Source: Silicimonas sp. (GTDB lineage: Bacteria > Pseudomonadota > Alphaproteobacteria > Rhodobacterales > Rhodobacteraceae). Taken from it: a stretch of 64,000 nt of DNA. Where the stretch lies: assembly GCA_022340315.1 (NCBI GenBank), contig JAJDOD010000073.1:8946-72945 (forward strand). The letters are read 5' to 3'. A model generated the notes under the pieces. That model had not been told where the DNA came from. It saw only the letters and a program-made list of their open reading frames with translations, and did no database searches. The translations under genes were made by a program, and so were the position numbers. Each line of letters starts with the position of its first letter. Positions within the stretch are counted from its first letter, which is position 1. Of this stretch, positions 34,776 through 46,300 are shown piece after piece.

Positions 34776-37661
34776 CTACTCTGCCGCGACCCTCGCGACA
34801 CCGAGCATGTCGGCCAGGTAACGGCCCGTGTGGCTGCCCTCGATGGCCGCGACTTCCTCCGGCGTCCCCTCGGCCACGATCCTGCCACCTCCGTCGCCGC
34901 CCTCGGGGCCGATGTCGATGATGTGGTCAGCGGTCTTGATGACGTCGAGATTGTGCTCGATCACCACGACAGAGTTCCCCTGTTCCACCAGTTCGTGAAG
35001 GACCTCTAGCAGTTTTCGAACATCTTCGAAGTGCAAACCCGTCGTCGGCTCGTCCAGAATATACAAAGTGCGACCTGTGGCCCGTTTGGACAGCTCCTTC
35101 GAGAGCTTCACCCGCTGCGCCTCGCCGCCCGAGAGCGTCGTCGCCTGCTGGCCGACCTTGATGTAGCCGAGGCCGACGCGCATCAGTGCATCCATCTTCT
35201 CGCGGATCGAGGGCACGGCCTTGAAGAACTCCTGCGCGTCCTCGACGGTCATATCAAGAACGTCGGCTATGCTCTTGCCCTTGAACTTGATTTCCAGCGT
35301 TTCGCGGTTGTAGCGCGCGCCCTTGCAGGTCTCGCAGGTGACGTAGACATCCGGCAGGAAGTGCATCTCGATCTTGATGACACCATCGCCCTGACACGCC
35401 TCGCAGCGCCCGCCCTTGACGTTGAAGCTGAAACGGCCGGGCTTGTAGCCGCGCGCTTTGGCTTCGGGCAGACCCGCGAACCAGTCGCGGATCGGGGTGA
35501 AGGCCCCGGTGTAAGTGGCTGGATTCGAGCGTGGAGTCCGGCCAATCGGGCGTTGGTCGATGTCGATCACCTTGTCGAGGTGTTCGAGCCCCTTGATCGT
35601 CTCGCAGGGTGCGGGCGTCTGGCGGGCGCCGTTGAGGCGCATGGACGCGGTCTTGAAGAGCGTCTCGATGGTGAGCGTCGACTTGCCGCCGCCGGAGACA
35701 CCGGAGACGCAAACGAACTTGCCGAGTGGAAAGTCGACAGTGACGTTCTGCAGATTGTTGCCGGTAGCATTGATGACGGTCAGTTTTTTCTTGTTGCCTG
35801 CCCGGCGCTCGGACGGGATCGCGATTTCGCGGCGGCCGGCGAGGTAATCGCCGGTGATGCTGCCCTTGGTCTTCATGATCTGGGCCGTGGTGCCCTTGGC
35901 CACGACCTCGCCGCCGTGCACGCCCGCGCCGGGGCCGATGTCGAAGACGTAATCGGCCTCGCGGATCGCTTCCTCGTCATGTTCGACCACGATCACGGTG
36001 TTGCCCTGGTCGCGCAGGTTCTTGAGCGTTTCCAGAAGCCGCCCGTTGTCGCGCTGGTGAAGCCCGATGGACGGCTCGTCGAGGACGTAGAGGACGCCCG
36101 TCAGGCCGGAGCCGATCTGGCTGGCAAGCCGGATGCGCTGGCTTTCGCCGCCCGAAAGGGTTCCGGCGTTGCGGGAGAGAGTGAGGTATTCCAGCCCGAC
36201 ATTGTTGAGAAAGCCGAGCCGTTCGCGAATTTCCTTGAGGATGGCCCGGGCGATCTCGTTCTTCTGTTTGCTCAGGTGGTTCGGCGCATCCTCGACCCAG
36301 GCCAGCGCCTCGCGGATCGAGAGTTGCACGACATGGCCGACGTGGAAGAGGTTCTTCTTCGAGCCGATCCTGACCGCCAGCGCCTCGGGCCGGAGGCGGT
36401 GGCCTTCGCAGACGCCGCAGGGGCGGTTGTTCTGAAAGCGTTCGAGGTCCTCGCGAATCCAGCTGGAATCGGTGGATTTGTAGCGGCGTTCGAGATTGGG
36501 AATGATCCCCTCGAAGGGCTTGGCGACGGTATAGACCCGCCCGCCTTCGTCGAAGCGGAACGGCACCTCGTCATCGCCCGAGCCGAAGAGGATCGCCTGC
36601 TTGACGTGCTCGGGCAGGTCCTTCCAGGGCGTGCGCTTGTCGAATTCGTAGTGCTTCGCCAGCGCCTCGATCACCTGCATGTAATAGGGCGACTTGCCCT
36701 TGCGCCAGTTGGCGAGCGCGCCGGTATCGACCGGCACCAGCGGGCGCGACTGGTCGGGGACGACGAGGCGTTCGTCGAAGAAAAGCTCGACGCCGAGGCC
36801 GTCGCAGGCCGGGCAGGCGCCGAAGGGGGCGTTGAAGCTGAAGAGACGCGGCTCGATCTCGGGGATGGTGAAGCCGGAGACCGGGCAGGCGAAGTTCTCG
36901 GAGAAGGTGATGCGTTCGGGGTCCTCGTCCTCGGCCACCGCCGTCTCAAGGATGGCGATGCCGTCGGCGAGGTCGAGCGCGGTGCGGAAGCTGTCGGCGA
37001 GCCGTGTCTCGATCCCTTCGCGGACCACGATGCGGTCCACCACCACGTCGATGTCGTGGCGGAACTTCTTGTCGAGCGTCGGCGGGTCTTCCAGTTCGTG
37101 GAAGTGGCCGTTGACCTTGACGCGCTGGAAGCCCTGCTTGCGAAGCTCGATGAATTCCTTGCGGTATTCGCCCTTGCGGTCGCGCACGATGGGGGCGAGG
37201 AGATAGGCGCGCGTCCCCTCCTCCATCGCCATCACGCGGTCGACCATGTCCTGCACCTGCTGCGCCTCGATGGGCTGGCCGGTCGCTGGCGAATAGGGCG
37301 TGCCGGCGCGGGCGAAGAGGAGCCGCATGTAGTCGTAGATCTCGGTGACGGTCCCGACGGTCGAGCGCGGGTTCTTGGACGTGGTCTTCTGTTCGATGGA
37401 AATGGCCGGGGACAGGCCGGAGATGTGGTCGACATCCGGCTTTTCCATCATGTCGAGGAACTGGCGCGCATAGGCCGAGAGGCTCTCGACATAGCGCCGC
37501 TGACCCTCGGCATAGATGGTGTCGAAGGCGAGCGAGGATTTGCCGGAGCCGGAGAGGCCGGTGATCACCACGAGCTGGTCGCGCGGAATATCGACGTCGA
37601 TATTCTTGAGATTGTGCTCGCGCGCGCCGCGCACCTCGATGTTCTTCAACTCGGCCATCAC
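34776..37661 (-). CDS. uvrA: excinuclease ABC subunit A
   Basis: [68 protein letters not shown]..., zinc-finger Cys clusters, and a second ABC module [10 protein letters not shown]. Confidence 0.97.
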   Translation of the reverse strand: MMAELKNIEVRGAREHNLKNIDVDIPRDQLVVITGLSGSGKSSLAFDTIYAEGQRRYVESLSAYARQFLDMMEKPDVDHISGLSPAISIEQKTTSKNPRSTVGTVTEIYDYMRLLFARAGTPYSPATGQPIEAQQVQDMVDRVMAMEEGTRAYLLAPIVRDRKGEYRKEFIELRKQGFQRVKVNGHFHELEDPPTLDKKFRHDIDVVVDRIVVREGIETRLADSFRTALDLADGIAILETAVAEDEDPERITFSENFACPVSGFTIPEIEPRLFSFNAPFGACPACDGLGVELFFDERLVVPDQSRPLVPVDTGALANWRKGKSPYYMQVIEALAKHYEFDKRTPWKDLPEHVKQAILFGSGDDEVPFRFDEGGRVYTVAKPFEGIIPNLERRYKSTDSSWIREDLERFQNNRPCGVCEGHRLRPEALAVRIGSKKNLFHVGHVVQLSIREALAWVEDAPNHLSKQKNEIARAILKEIRERLGFLNNVGLEYLTLSRNAGTLSGGESQRIRLASQIGSGLTGVLYVLDEPSIGLHQRDNGRLLETLKNLRDQGNTVIVVEHDEEAIREADYVFDIGPGAGVHGGEVVAKGTTAQIMKTKGSITGDYLAGRREIAIPSERRAGNKKKLTVINATGNNLQNVTVDFPLGKFVCVSGVSGGGKSTLTIETLFKTASMRLNGARQTPAPCETIKGLEHLDKVIDIDQRPIGRTPRSNPATYTGAFTPIRDWFAGLPEAKARGYKPGRFSFNVKGGRCEACQGDGVIKIEMHFLPDVYVTCETCKGARYNRETLEIKFKGKSIADVLDMTVEDAQEFFKAVPSIREKMDALMRVGLGYIKVGQQATTLSGGEAQRVKLSKELSKRATGRTLYILDEPTTGLHFEDVRKLLEVLHELVEQGNSVVVIEHNLDVIKTADHIIDIGPEGGDGGGRIVAEGTPEEVAAIEGSHTGRYLADMLGVARVAAE

Positions 37662-37723
37662 TTCACCTGTTCGGAGTACATTGAGAGATAGCCGCTACGG
37701 GCGAAACCTCAATGGCCCGGATA

Positions 37724-37738
37724 GAACATTACCGGAAC
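37724..37738 (-). promoter_or_regulatory. alphaproteobacterial LexA (SOS) box GTTC-N7-GTTC upstream of uvrA
   Basis: The minus strand reads GTTCCGGTAATGTTC, 63-77 nt upstream of the uvrA ATG (37661). Exact match to the direct-repeat GTTC-N7-GTTC motif. Confidence 0.7.
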
Positions 37739-37807
37739 ATTTACAATTCGTCACGGGGGGATTTGAAGAATTCTGTGGATAACGCGGAACACGGCCAGAA
37801 TGCCGGC

Positions 37808-38068
37808 CTAACGTCTCCGCCTCCTGCGGCGCCCGCAGAGCCAGGAGAACATGGCCACGTTCACGAGCGGCGAGAGAAAAATGACGGCCACGATGGCTAT
37901 CGCACCCAAATTGGAAACCGCAAAGCTGGCGAGGAATACACTCCACGGCATTCCCAGAACCATGAGGGCAGCCGTCGCGGCCTCGTCCGGTGCGCCTGGC
38001 CAAATCCCTTGCGATCCCAAGACAACCAAGGCCCCAGCCAGACAATAGATCAGCGCGCCCCCGCGCAC
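37808..38068 (-). CDS. hypothetical small membrane protein with a poly-Arg C-terminus
   Basis: Two to three TM-like stretches (ALIYCLAGALVVLG; LMVLGMPWSVFLASFAVSNLGAIAIVAVIFL) ending in CGRRRRRRR. Start uncertain (GTG 38068 chosen). The longer ORF-track start overlaps the lpdA 3' end. Confidence 0.35.
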   Translation of the reverse strand: MRGGALIYCLAGALVVLGSQGIWPGAPDEAATAALMVLGMPWSVFLASFAVSNLGAIAIVAVIFLSPLVNVAMFSWLCGRRRRRRR

Positions 38069-38102
38069 TGCCCAAAGGCAAATCTTCTTTGACTTGCTCA
38101 GA

Positions 38103-39500
38103 TCAGATATGGATGACCCTGTCGTAGGCATCCAGGACACTCTCATGCATCATCTCACTTAACGTCGGATGCGGAAATACCGTTTCCATTAAATCTTCTT
38201 CCGTCGTCTCGAGTTGGCGCCCGACGACATACCCCTGAATAAGCTCGGTCACTTCGGCGCCGACCATATGCGCACCGAGCAGTTCGCCGGTCTTCTCATC
38301 GAAGACCGTCTTCACCATGCCTTCCGCCTCGCCGAGAGCGATTGCCTTGCCATTGCCGATGAACGGGAAGCGGCCGACCTTGACCTTGTAGCCCAGTTCT
38401 TTCGCCTTTGCCTCGCTGTAGCCGACCGAGGCGACCTGCGGGTGGCAATATGTGCACCCGGCAATGCTTTCGGGTTTCACGGGATGGACCTTGTTCTTGC
38501 CCGCGATCAGTTCGGCAACCATGACACCCTCGTGGCTTGCCTTGTGCGCCAGCCACGGCGCTCCCGCGATGTCGCCGATGGCATAGAGCCCGTCGACACC
38601 GGTGCGGCAGTATTCATCCGTCACCACGTGGGTGCGGTCGATCTTCACGCCCAGGGCTTCAAGCCCGAGGTTTTCGGCGTTGCCGACGATACCGACGGCA
38701 GAGATGACGGTATCGAACTCCATCTTCTCGACCTTGCCGCCCACTTCAATATGGGCCGTCACCTTGTCCTTGGCGCGGTCGAGCTGCTTGACCATCGCCT
38801 TTTCCATGATCTTCATGCCCTGCTTGGTGAACGACTTCTTGGCGAAGGCCGAGATCTCGGCGTCCTCTACCGGAAGCACGCGGTCCATGACCTCGACCAC
38901 TGTCGTGTCAGCGCCTAGCGTGTTGTAAAAGCTGGCAAACTCGATGCCGATGGCGCCCGAGCCGATGACCAGCAGCTTCTTCGGCATGTGGGGCGGCTGG
39001 AGCGCGTGCTTGTAGGTCCAGACACGTTCGCCGTCAGCTTCCAGCCCTGGCAATTCGCGCGCCCGCGCGCCGGTGGCCAGGATGATCGACTTAGCGGCCA
39101 ATTCCTCGTCGCCCTTGTCGGTCTTGACGGCGACCTTGCCTTTGGCGGGGATCGTTGCCGTTCCCATCACCACGTCGACCTTGTTCTTCTTCATCAGGTG
39201 GCCAACGCCGGAGTTCAGCTGCTTGGCGACCGCGCGCGACCGTTTCACAACCGCGTCGAGGTCGTAGCCGATGCCCTCGGCCTTGAGGCCGAATTCCTTG
39301 GCCCGGTGCATGAGGTGGAACACCTCCGACGACCGCAGCATCGCCTTGGTGGGGATGCAGCCCCAGTTAAGGCAGATGCCGCCCATGTGCTCGCGCTCCA
39401 CGATCGCGGTCTTCAGCCCAAGCTGGCTGGCGCGGATCGCAGCCACGTAACCCCCCGGTCCGGCACCGATAACAACGACATCGTAGGATTTTGCGGCCAT
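38103..39500 (-). CDS. lpdA: dihydrolipoyl dehydrogenase (E3)
   Basis: YDVVVIGAGPGGYVAAIRASQLG, redox-active GGICLNWGCIPTK, second dinucleotide fold LLVIGSGAIGIEFA, and C-terminal HPTLSE interface motif. Trimmed to MAAKSYD (465 aa). Confidence 0.95.
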   Translation of the reverse strand: MAAKSYDVVVIGAGPGGYVAAIRASQLGLKTAIVEREHMGGICLNWGCIPTKAMLRSSEVFHLMHRAKEFGLKAEGIGYDLDAVVKRSRAVAKQLNSGVGHLMKKNKVDVVMGTATIPAKGKVAVKTDKGDEELAAKSIILATGARARELPGLEADGERVWTYKHALQPPHMPKKLLVIGSGAIGIEFASFYNTLGADTTVVEVMDRVLPVEDAEISAFAKKSFTKQGMKIMEKAMVKQLDRAKDKVTAHIEVGGKVEKMEFDTVISAVGIVGNAENLGLEALGVKIDRTHVVTDEYCRTGVDGLYAIGDIAGAPWLAHKASHEGVMVAELIAGKNKVHPVKPESIAGCTYCHPQVASVGYSEAKAKELGYKVKVGRFPFIGNGKAIALGEAEGMVKTVFDEKTGELLGAHMVGAEVTELIQGYVVGRQLETTEEDLMETVFPHPTLSEMMHESVLDAYDRVIHI

Positions 39501-39727
39501 ATTTTTCTCCGAAGGCAGACAGTTCGACGTAGTACGAATAAAGGAAGACTGCCGGAAATTCCACCGGTGCGCCAGTGCGGCGTGCGAGAAGCCGCTATGC
39601 AGCCACGTCAGGCAAAAAAACTGAAACTTCATAAATCGGTACTAGGAATGGCCCAACAGCGGCGCTCGCCAGGCGGCTTGCCGTTCATCAAGACCCATGC
39701 CCTGGGATCGCGGCTCGACCGCGAGGA

Positions 39728-40165
39728 GTGTTCATGTCGGAAGTCCGAAAGTCTCAAACACCTGCATTGATTGAACGACTGGCGATCATCGACGATGCCG
39801 AGTTCGACCAGATGCTTTACGCAAGGCTCATCAAGCGGACCGGCCTGATCGGAGAAACGCTCTGCTTCTACAGCGCGGAAGAGGCGATTGAATTCTTCGA
39901 GTCGCCCGATGCCCGTCCCGTCGATGTGATCCTGCTGGACATCAACATGCCGGGCATGTCCGGCTTCGAATTCCTCGACCATGTCAGCCGAGACCAGAAA
40001 AGGCACTATGCCGATATTGTCATCATCATGCTGACGACATCGCTAAACCCGTCCGATGTCGAGCGCGCGAAAAGGTTTGCTCTGGTAAAGGATTATTTTC
40101 ACAAGCCTCTGGAAGAGGCCCACATTCATCGAATAGCAGACATCCTGAAAGCAAACGGCACCTGA
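39728..40165 (+). CDS. single-domain response regulator (CheY-like receiver only)
   Basis: Acidic pocket IIDDAEFD, phosphoacceptor context VILLDINMPGMSGFEF, conserved MLTTS and HKPL. No output domain. Confidence 0.85.
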   Translation: MFMSEVRKSQTPALIERLAIIDDAEFDQMLYARLIKRTGLIGETLCFYSAEEAIEFFESPDARPVDVILLDINMPGMSGFEFLDHVSRDQKRHYADIVIIMLTTSLNPSDVERAKRFALVKDYFHKPLEEAHIHRIADILKANGT

Positions 40166-40190
40166 TGGACCGCTGCTTTTACAGGACCGT

Positions 40191-40778
40191 TCACGCGGCC
40201 GTTTCGGCCTGAAGCCGCCGCAACACGGCGCCATACCCGCCATCGTCGAGATATGACTGCTCGTCCTTGCTCGTCCGGCGGTTCAGTTCCTCGTTCCGGG
40301 TCGGGAACCGGCCATAAAGACGGATGACTTCCCGGTGCGCCCGGGCATGTGGCAACATGCCGTCGCCGGTTTCCGGCATCCGGGTTTTGAACAGCCGTAC
40401 CGCGCGATCCTGGTCTTCAAGGCACTCGGAATGCATGAGGGGCACGTAGAAGAACTGACGCGCTGGTTCGTCGATCCGCATGTCCCAGTTCCGCGAGATC
40501 GCAACTTTCGCCGCAGCTTTGGCAATTGCGTCCGAGCCAAATGCCTTGGCGGTTCCACGAAACATGTTTCGGGAGAACTGATCGGTCAGGATAATGTAGG
40601 CGAGCGTTCCGCTGGGATAGGTCAGCCAGAGAGACAGCGCGCCTTCCAAGGCTCGATCGTGCAGACTGCCGAATTTCTCGCGCAGGGTACGATCCAGATC
40701 GTCACCTCCCGAGTACCAGCCCTTCGGCCCAACTTCGTCGAGCCAAAATCGCAAAACGTCTTCGGGTCCCGTCATCAT
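40191..40778 (-). CDS. DUF924 family protein
   Basis: VLRFWLDEVGPKGWY ... ILTDQFSRNMFRG ... FFYVPLMHSE ... HREVIRLYGRFPTRN. Confidence 0.8.
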   Translation of the reverse strand: MMTGPEDVLRFWLDEVGPKGWYSGGDDLDRTLREKFGSLHDRALEGALSLWLTYPSGTLAYIILTDQFSRNMFRGTAKAFGSDAIAKAAAKVAISRNWDMRIDEPARQFFYVPLMHSECLEDQDRAVRLFKTRMPETGDGMLPHARAHREVIRLYGRFPTRNEELNRRTSKDEQSYLDDGGYGAVLRRLQAETAA

Positions 40779-40846
40779 GGCACCTGCCCTTGCCTGACTT
40801 GCCTTACCTGCCTCGGGATCAACCGTTACAGCAAATGCACATTGGT

Positions 40847-42136
40847 TCAAAGGGGCGTCTCCTTATCGCTCGATTCATCGTCGTCGTTGTCGACATTTTC
40901 GGCATAGTACTCCTGCGCCACCTCGACCACGACGGGCGTTGCCGTGGGCAGGATTGGCGCATAAGCGACGGCATCATAGTCCTCGTCTGCCGCGTAAAGC
41001 GAAACCCGCTGGGTCATCCGATATGCGACATAGGCCGCAAGGGTGATCATGACCGCCATCACGTAAGCCCAGAAACCCGGTGCGCCGATCCGGCTCATCG
41101 CCCAGCCCGTCAGGATCGGGCCGACGATCGCACCCAGGCCGTTGACGAACAACAGACCGCCGGATGCCGCCGCCATGTCGTCGGGTTCGAGATAGTCGTT
41201 CATGTAGGCGATCAGCAACGCGTAAAGCGGGTTCGAGCATCCCCCCATCAGGAAGGCCGCGGCAAGCAGCAGTTCGAAGTGGGAGCCGAAAACCAATCCG
41301 ATCAATGCCGCCACCGCACCGCCGACCGCTGTGCCGAAGATCAGCACGCGTCGGTCCATCCGGTCCGACGCCCAGCCGATCGGGTACTGCATGACGAGCC
41401 CGCCGACAAAGATCGCCGAGATGAAGACCGAGATCTGCGCGACACTCAGCCCGGCCTCGGTCCCGAAAATCGACGCCATGCCGAATTGCGCGGCGAACAT
41501 CGCCCCGATCAGGAACATGCCCACGACGGCGGTGGGCGAGTTGCGGTAGAGCTGGCGCAGGCTCATCGACTTGGTCGTGTCGAAAGACGGCGTTGTGGTT
41601 GCTGCCAGAAGGATCGGCGCGAAGGAGAGCGACACCAGAACGGAAGGGATAATGAAGAGCACATATCCCGCCGGGTCATGGACGTTGAGAAGCGCCTGGC
41701 TTGCAACGATCCCGCCCATCTGGACGATCATGTATAGCGAGAGCGCCTTGCCGCGCGTCTCGTTGGTCGAGGCGTTGTTCAGCCAGCTTTCGGCCGTCAC
41801 GTAGACGCCCGAGAACGAGAACCCGAAGATCACCCGCAGGAGGAACCAGGCCCAGGGCTCGGTGATCGTCGGATAGAGGATCAGCACCGCTGAAACGAAC
41901 GAGCCGAGCGCCGCGAAGACCCTGACGTGGCCGACGCGCCGGATCATCTCGGGCGCCATGCGCGAGCCGAAGAGGAAGCCGACGAAATAGGCCGATGTAA
42001 TGACCGAAAGCTCGCCCGTCGTGAATTGCTCGATCGAGCCACGGATACCGATCAGCGAGCCCTGCAGCCCGTTGCCCACCATCAACAGCAGAACTCCCAG
42101 CAACAACGCCCAGGACTGCCTGAGAACTTCCAGCAT
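40847..42136 (-). CDS. MFS transporter
   Basis: About 429 aa with about 12 predicted TM helices. MFS-type loop GSRMAPEMIRRVGHVRVF between TM2 and TM3. Acidic C-terminal tail. Confidence 0.8.
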   Translation of the reverse strand: MLEVLRQSWALLLGVLLLMVGNGLQGSLIGIRGSIEQFTTGELSVITSAYFVGFLFGSRMAPEMIRRVGHVRVFAALGSFVSAVLILYPTITEPWAWFLLRVIFGFSFSGVYVTAESWLNNASTNETRGKALSLYMIVQMGGIVASQALLNVHDPAGYVLFIIPSVLVSLSFAPILLAATTTPSFDTTKSMSLRQLYRNSPTAVVGMFLIGAMFAAQFGMASIFGTEAGLSVAQISVFISAIFVGGLVMQYPIGWASDRMDRRVLIFGTAVGGAVAALIGLVFGSHFELLLAAAFLMGGCSNPLYALLIAYMNDYLEPDDMAAASGGLLFVNGLGAIVGPILTGWAMSRIGAPGFWAYVMAVMITLAAYVAYRMTQRVSLYAADEDYDAVAYAPILPTATPVVVEVAQEYYAENVDNDDDESSDKETPL

Positions 42137-42295
42137 CGAGATGCCCCTTAACCTGTCGCGCCCGCGATACCCAAGCGGCGAATACCACTCATTCCCGTCT
42201 GCGACGCCTGCGTGTCGGAAACGCAATAAACGCCATGGAACCGTCGGCCCAGTAACAGCCCTGCAAACGGCGTCAATCCAAGGATTGGCGGCAGG

Positions 42296-43357
42296 CTATT
42301 TTCCGCGCTCCGGCAACAGAAGCGAGGCATCCCCATACGAGAAGAACCTGTACTCGGCACCGATGGCGTGGGCGTAGACCTCGCGGATGCGTTCGGTTCC
42401 CAGAAAGGCCGAGACAAGCATCATCAGCGTCGATTTCGGCAGGTGGAAATTGGTCATCAGCGCATCTGCCAGCTTGAACCGGTAGCCGGGCGTTATGAAG
42501 ATGTCCGTCGCACCCTCCCAGGGGGACAGCGTCCCGTCCGCCGCCGCCGCCGTCTCGATCAGCCGCATGGCAGTCGTGCCCACCGGCACGATCCGCCCGC
42601 CCGCCAAGCGGGTCGCGTTGATCTCATCCGCCGCGGTGGCAGTGATCTGGCCGGTTTCCGCGTGCATCCGGTGGTCGCGTACGTCATCGACCTTGACCGG
42701 CAGAAAGGTGCCCGCACCAACGTGCAATGTCACGAAGCTGCGCGTCACGCCGCGCGCGTCCAGCGCGGCCAAGAGTGCGTCGTCGAAATGCAGCGAAGCC
42801 GTCGGCGCCGCCACAGCGCCCGAGGCCCGCGCCCAGATCGTCTGGTAGTCCTGTCGATCCCGCGCGTCCGCCGGACGCCGACCCTCGATGTACGGCGGCA
42901 GAGGCATCGCTCCGGCCTCGGCGAGGGCCGTGTCGAAATCCTCGCCCTCCAGGTTGAAGCGCAGCCGCCCTGCCCCCTCGGCGCGGCCTTCAAGCACCGC
43001 AGTCAGCCCGGCGCCGAAATCAAGCGCTTCGCCGTCGCGCACCTTTTTCAGCGGTTTGAGAAGCGCTGACCAGGTCCCGTCCGCAAGCGGCTCGAGCAGC
43101 GTGACCTCGATCCGCGCCTCGGTCTCGCCGGCCGCTCCGCTGCGCCGCCTCGTGCCGCTCAGCCGCGCCGGGATCACCTTTGTGTCGTTCAACACGAGCC
43201 TGTCGCCAGGGCGAAGAAAATCCGGCAGGTCGATTGTCCGCGCGTCCGTCATCCGGTCCGGCGTCGCCACCAGAAGGCGCGAGGACGAGCGCGGGCGCGC
43301 GGGACGGGTCGCGATCAGCCGCTCGGGCAGATCGAAGTCGAAGTCGGAAAGTTTCAT
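42296..43357 (-). CDS. queA: tRNA preQ1(34) S-adenosylmethionine ribosyltransferase-isomerase
   Basis: [30 protein letters not shown] ... LPPYI ... DYQTIWA ... APTASLHF ... [10 protein letters not shown] ... [10 protein letters not shown] ... [14 protein letters not shown]. Confidence 0.95.
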   Translation of the reverse strand: MKLSDFDFDLPERLIATRPARPRSSSRLLVATPDRMTDARTIDLPDFLRPGDRLVLNDTKVIPARLSGTRRRSGAAGETEARIEVTLLEPLADGTWSALLKPLKKVRDGEALDFGAGLTAVLEGRAEGAGRLRFNLEGEDFDTALAEAGAMPLPPYIEGRRPADARDRQDYQTIWARASGAVAAPTASLHFDDALLAALDARGVTRSFVTLHVGAGTFLPVKVDDVRDHRMHAETGQITATAADEINATRLAGGRIVPVGTTAMRLIETAAAADGTLSPWEGATDIFITPGYRFKLADALMTNFHLPKSTLMMLVSAFLGTERIREVYAHAIGAEYRFFSYGDASLLLPERGK

Positions 43358-46300
43358 TCAGCCTCCCGGCGGCGCACGACGGAAGATCTGCCGGAATGCG
43401 CCGGGCGTCAGAATCGAGAGCGGATTGACCCGCACGCTCGGATCCGCGGCAGGACCCGCCATCCTGTAGTTGAAACCGAACAGTCCTTCGCCTCGCCTGG
43501 TCAGGAACGACCCGATACCGTTCAGAAAATAGACCGGTGACACGACACCCCGGAAGTCCATCCTCTCGCTGGGCATATCGTAGATGCCGTCGGCCGAGAT
43601 GCCGATCGACGGACCCACCGCCGCCGCCTGCGTGAGACGTATCTGCCGGCGGTCGAGACGAAATCGGCCGTCGATGGTGTCAAAACGGATGCCCGCGCCG
43701 CCCAACTGGTCGATAAGCCCGACGACGCTGACCGCGTCCAGCAACTTGGCCATTGCAGATGCATCCTTGATACGCGCGCCTTCGATCAGAAACTCGCCGT
43801 TGAAGGTGCCGGAAGGCGCATCCGCGACGGGTGTCAAAACAAGGTCCAACGTTCCCCCGCGGGCGCTCGGGGTCAGGCCCGCATCGCGCAAGACGCCCGC
43901 CGCGTCGGCCGAGGTAATCCGGATCGCGGTACCGGCATTGGCCGGCGACAGGGTACCCTGGATCGGCGTCTGCCCGTTGATGCGTGCCTCGAAAGTTCCG
44001 GAAAGGCCTTGCCCCCCGAACTCGATACGCCCGACCAGGGGAGCGAAAGCAATACCGTTCGAAACCGTCAGTCGGTCCAGCCGCAAACTGATCGGGCCCG
44101 TGTCATCGCCACCTCTGCCGCCCGCAAGTTCCAGTTGCCGCAGATCCATCGTGCCGCCCAACACCGAGATTGTCGGCGGGCCTCCGCCCGGAGAGGGGAT
44201 CAGTTCAACCTCGGCGTTCAGCCAGTTGCCAAGCTTCAGATCCTCGAAACGCGCCCGCTCCAACCTGCCTTCCTCGGCCAGTTCGATTGCGCCGTCGAAG
44301 GACAGATCACGGGTGCGAAGCGCAAGTTCCTCGATTTCGGGCACATCACCCAGGCTTGCGGTGACTTCCAGTTCGCCGAGTTGGTCGGGCGGCTTGCGCC
44401 AGCCCAACGCCGCGAGACCCATATCGAGCCCGCCAAGATCGGATGTCAGGTTGAGCCTTGGCGGCGTTTCGGGATCGGCGGGCAGGCTCAGCACGTAGTC
44501 CGCTCGCCCCTCGCCCCGCACCATGCCTTCGGGCAGCGGCAGGTCAAACACGTCGACCGCCTCCTGCGACAGCGTCACTCGTCCGGTCACCTCGCCACCC
44601 TCGCTGGACGCCTTCCCAAGCGGCTGCCGCCAGTTGGCCGTAAGCGGAATCCCGTCAAGATAGGCCGGCCCTGAAATCTCGATCGAAGCGGGCGTCGCCT
44701 CAAGACGCAACTCGGGCGATGACAGCCGCCGGCCCGGAATGAGAAGCTCCGACGTAACGTCGCGCAAAGCGGCAGTCACGTCGTAATCCACTTCGTCAGC
44801 CTGAATTTCGTCCTTCAGCGGCAACGTGATCCGCGCTGCACCGCTGAGGTCCGCACTTGCGAGATCAACCGGCCTTTTTGCGCGATCCATGAGGCGAAGC
44901 GGCCGGTTGTTCAGGATTGTCAGGATGTCGTCAAGCCGACCTGTCGCGGCGACGTCGATCTGGCCCCAGGATGGGCGGAGACGGGTGTCGATCACCGTGA
45001 AGACCGATCCGCTGGCGTCGACGTCGCCGCCGCTATCGACGCCGATCTCGCCTTGCTCGAGCACCAGTGAAAAACGGTTGTCGTGCAGCATCGCCCGCCC
45101 AGAGGCGGCGCTCAGACGAGGCATGTCTGGCAGGAAACGCGCCACGCCCTCCTCGAAATCGAAGCTCAGCGCTACATCGGGTTCCTGGCCACTGACCAAC
45201 CGAATCCCCAGAGCCGTCCGGTTCAGGACCCCATCGGACAAGTTGCGCGTCAACCAGCCCCGCGTGACCGGCGAGACGCGGCGCGGCCAGAATGCCAGCA
45301 CGCGTTGCGAGGTTATCCGCGGCGTCGTCGCATCTACCGCCACATGCCAGCCGTTCTCGTCCGTGGTGATCCGGCCCGAGGCGATGATCGGTGTTCCCGC
45401 GTTGTCAACGACCACCTGTCCCAGATCGACCGAAAAGGGATCGAGGCGCACACGAAGGTCGGCGCGAATGTCGTCCAGTGCAACGGGACCGTCGAACGTC
45501 TCGCCGCCAATATACTGTACGTCCTCGACCCTGAACTGTCCCATATAGGATCGGGGCCAGAGCCCGTCGAAATCCGTCAGATAGGTATGCCCGGTTGCAA
45601 GCAGGGTTCCGTCGCGGGCGTCGAAGCTGACTTCGGAGAAGTCTATGCGCTGACGTACGGGGTCAAAGGTGAAATAGGCCTTTGCCGAATTGAAGGCGAC
45701 CGGCGGGATCGTGTCGTCGGGCTGCAAGGCGCCGCCTGCAAAATCGAGCGTGCCCGCAAAACTGACAAGAGCGCCGGTTTCGTCGAGTTCAGTCCGCACC
45801 GCACCCGAGATCGGTGCATCAAGCACGCCAAGCCAGGCCAGAACCGGCGATTGCAGCGCGATGTCGCCTGCGGGCATGGCGCTGACGCGCGCACCCAGTT
45901 GAACATGCTGCGTCGCACGACTGCGTATCAGCGATAGCTGCAGTCCCGCCAGATCGTCAGTCCCGTTGAATACGTCCGAGGTCACAGAAAGCGATAGGCT
46001 GTCGTTCGATGTCCGAAGCGTGGCCGAAGCGTTGGTCGCCTGCCATATGCGCCCGCTCCTGGCATCCTCAAGCGTAAGGACGACACCGGTGGCCACGACC
46101 TCGGAAAGCGAAGCCAAGGCGCCCTGGCTCATCAAGCGGTCGATCCTTGCAAGAGCATCGGCGACCGATTGCTCGGGTCCGCCTATCGCACCGCCTGCCG
46201 AAAGCGTGAATTGTCCAGCCGCCGTTCGCCGGATCGTGATCTGCGCGCCTGTAAGGTAGACTTTCTCGGCCGCAAACTCGCGTCGGAAAATCCGTTCCAA

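Noticed and set aside
35031-37691. 886-aa plus-strand ORF spanning the whole uvrA locus
   Set aside because: It is antisense to an unmistakable uvrA. Its translation is Arg/Ala/Gly/Asp-rich with no motif, as expected for the complementary frame of a high-GC gene. It is treated as a shadow ORF.
37787-37801. Second LexA-like element GAACACGGCCAGAAT near uvrA
   Set aside because: Only one half-site is exact (GAAC-N7-GAAT). It lies 126 nt or more from the uvrA start and inside or next to the small membrane ORF's 3' end. It is likely chance.
39501-39632. N-terminal 44-residue extension of lpdA given by the ORF track
   Set aside because: The extension (MKFQFFCLTWLHSGF...) precedes the universally N-terminal GxGxxG FAD fold. 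MAAKSYDVVVIGAGPGG at 39500 matches normal E3 N-termini.
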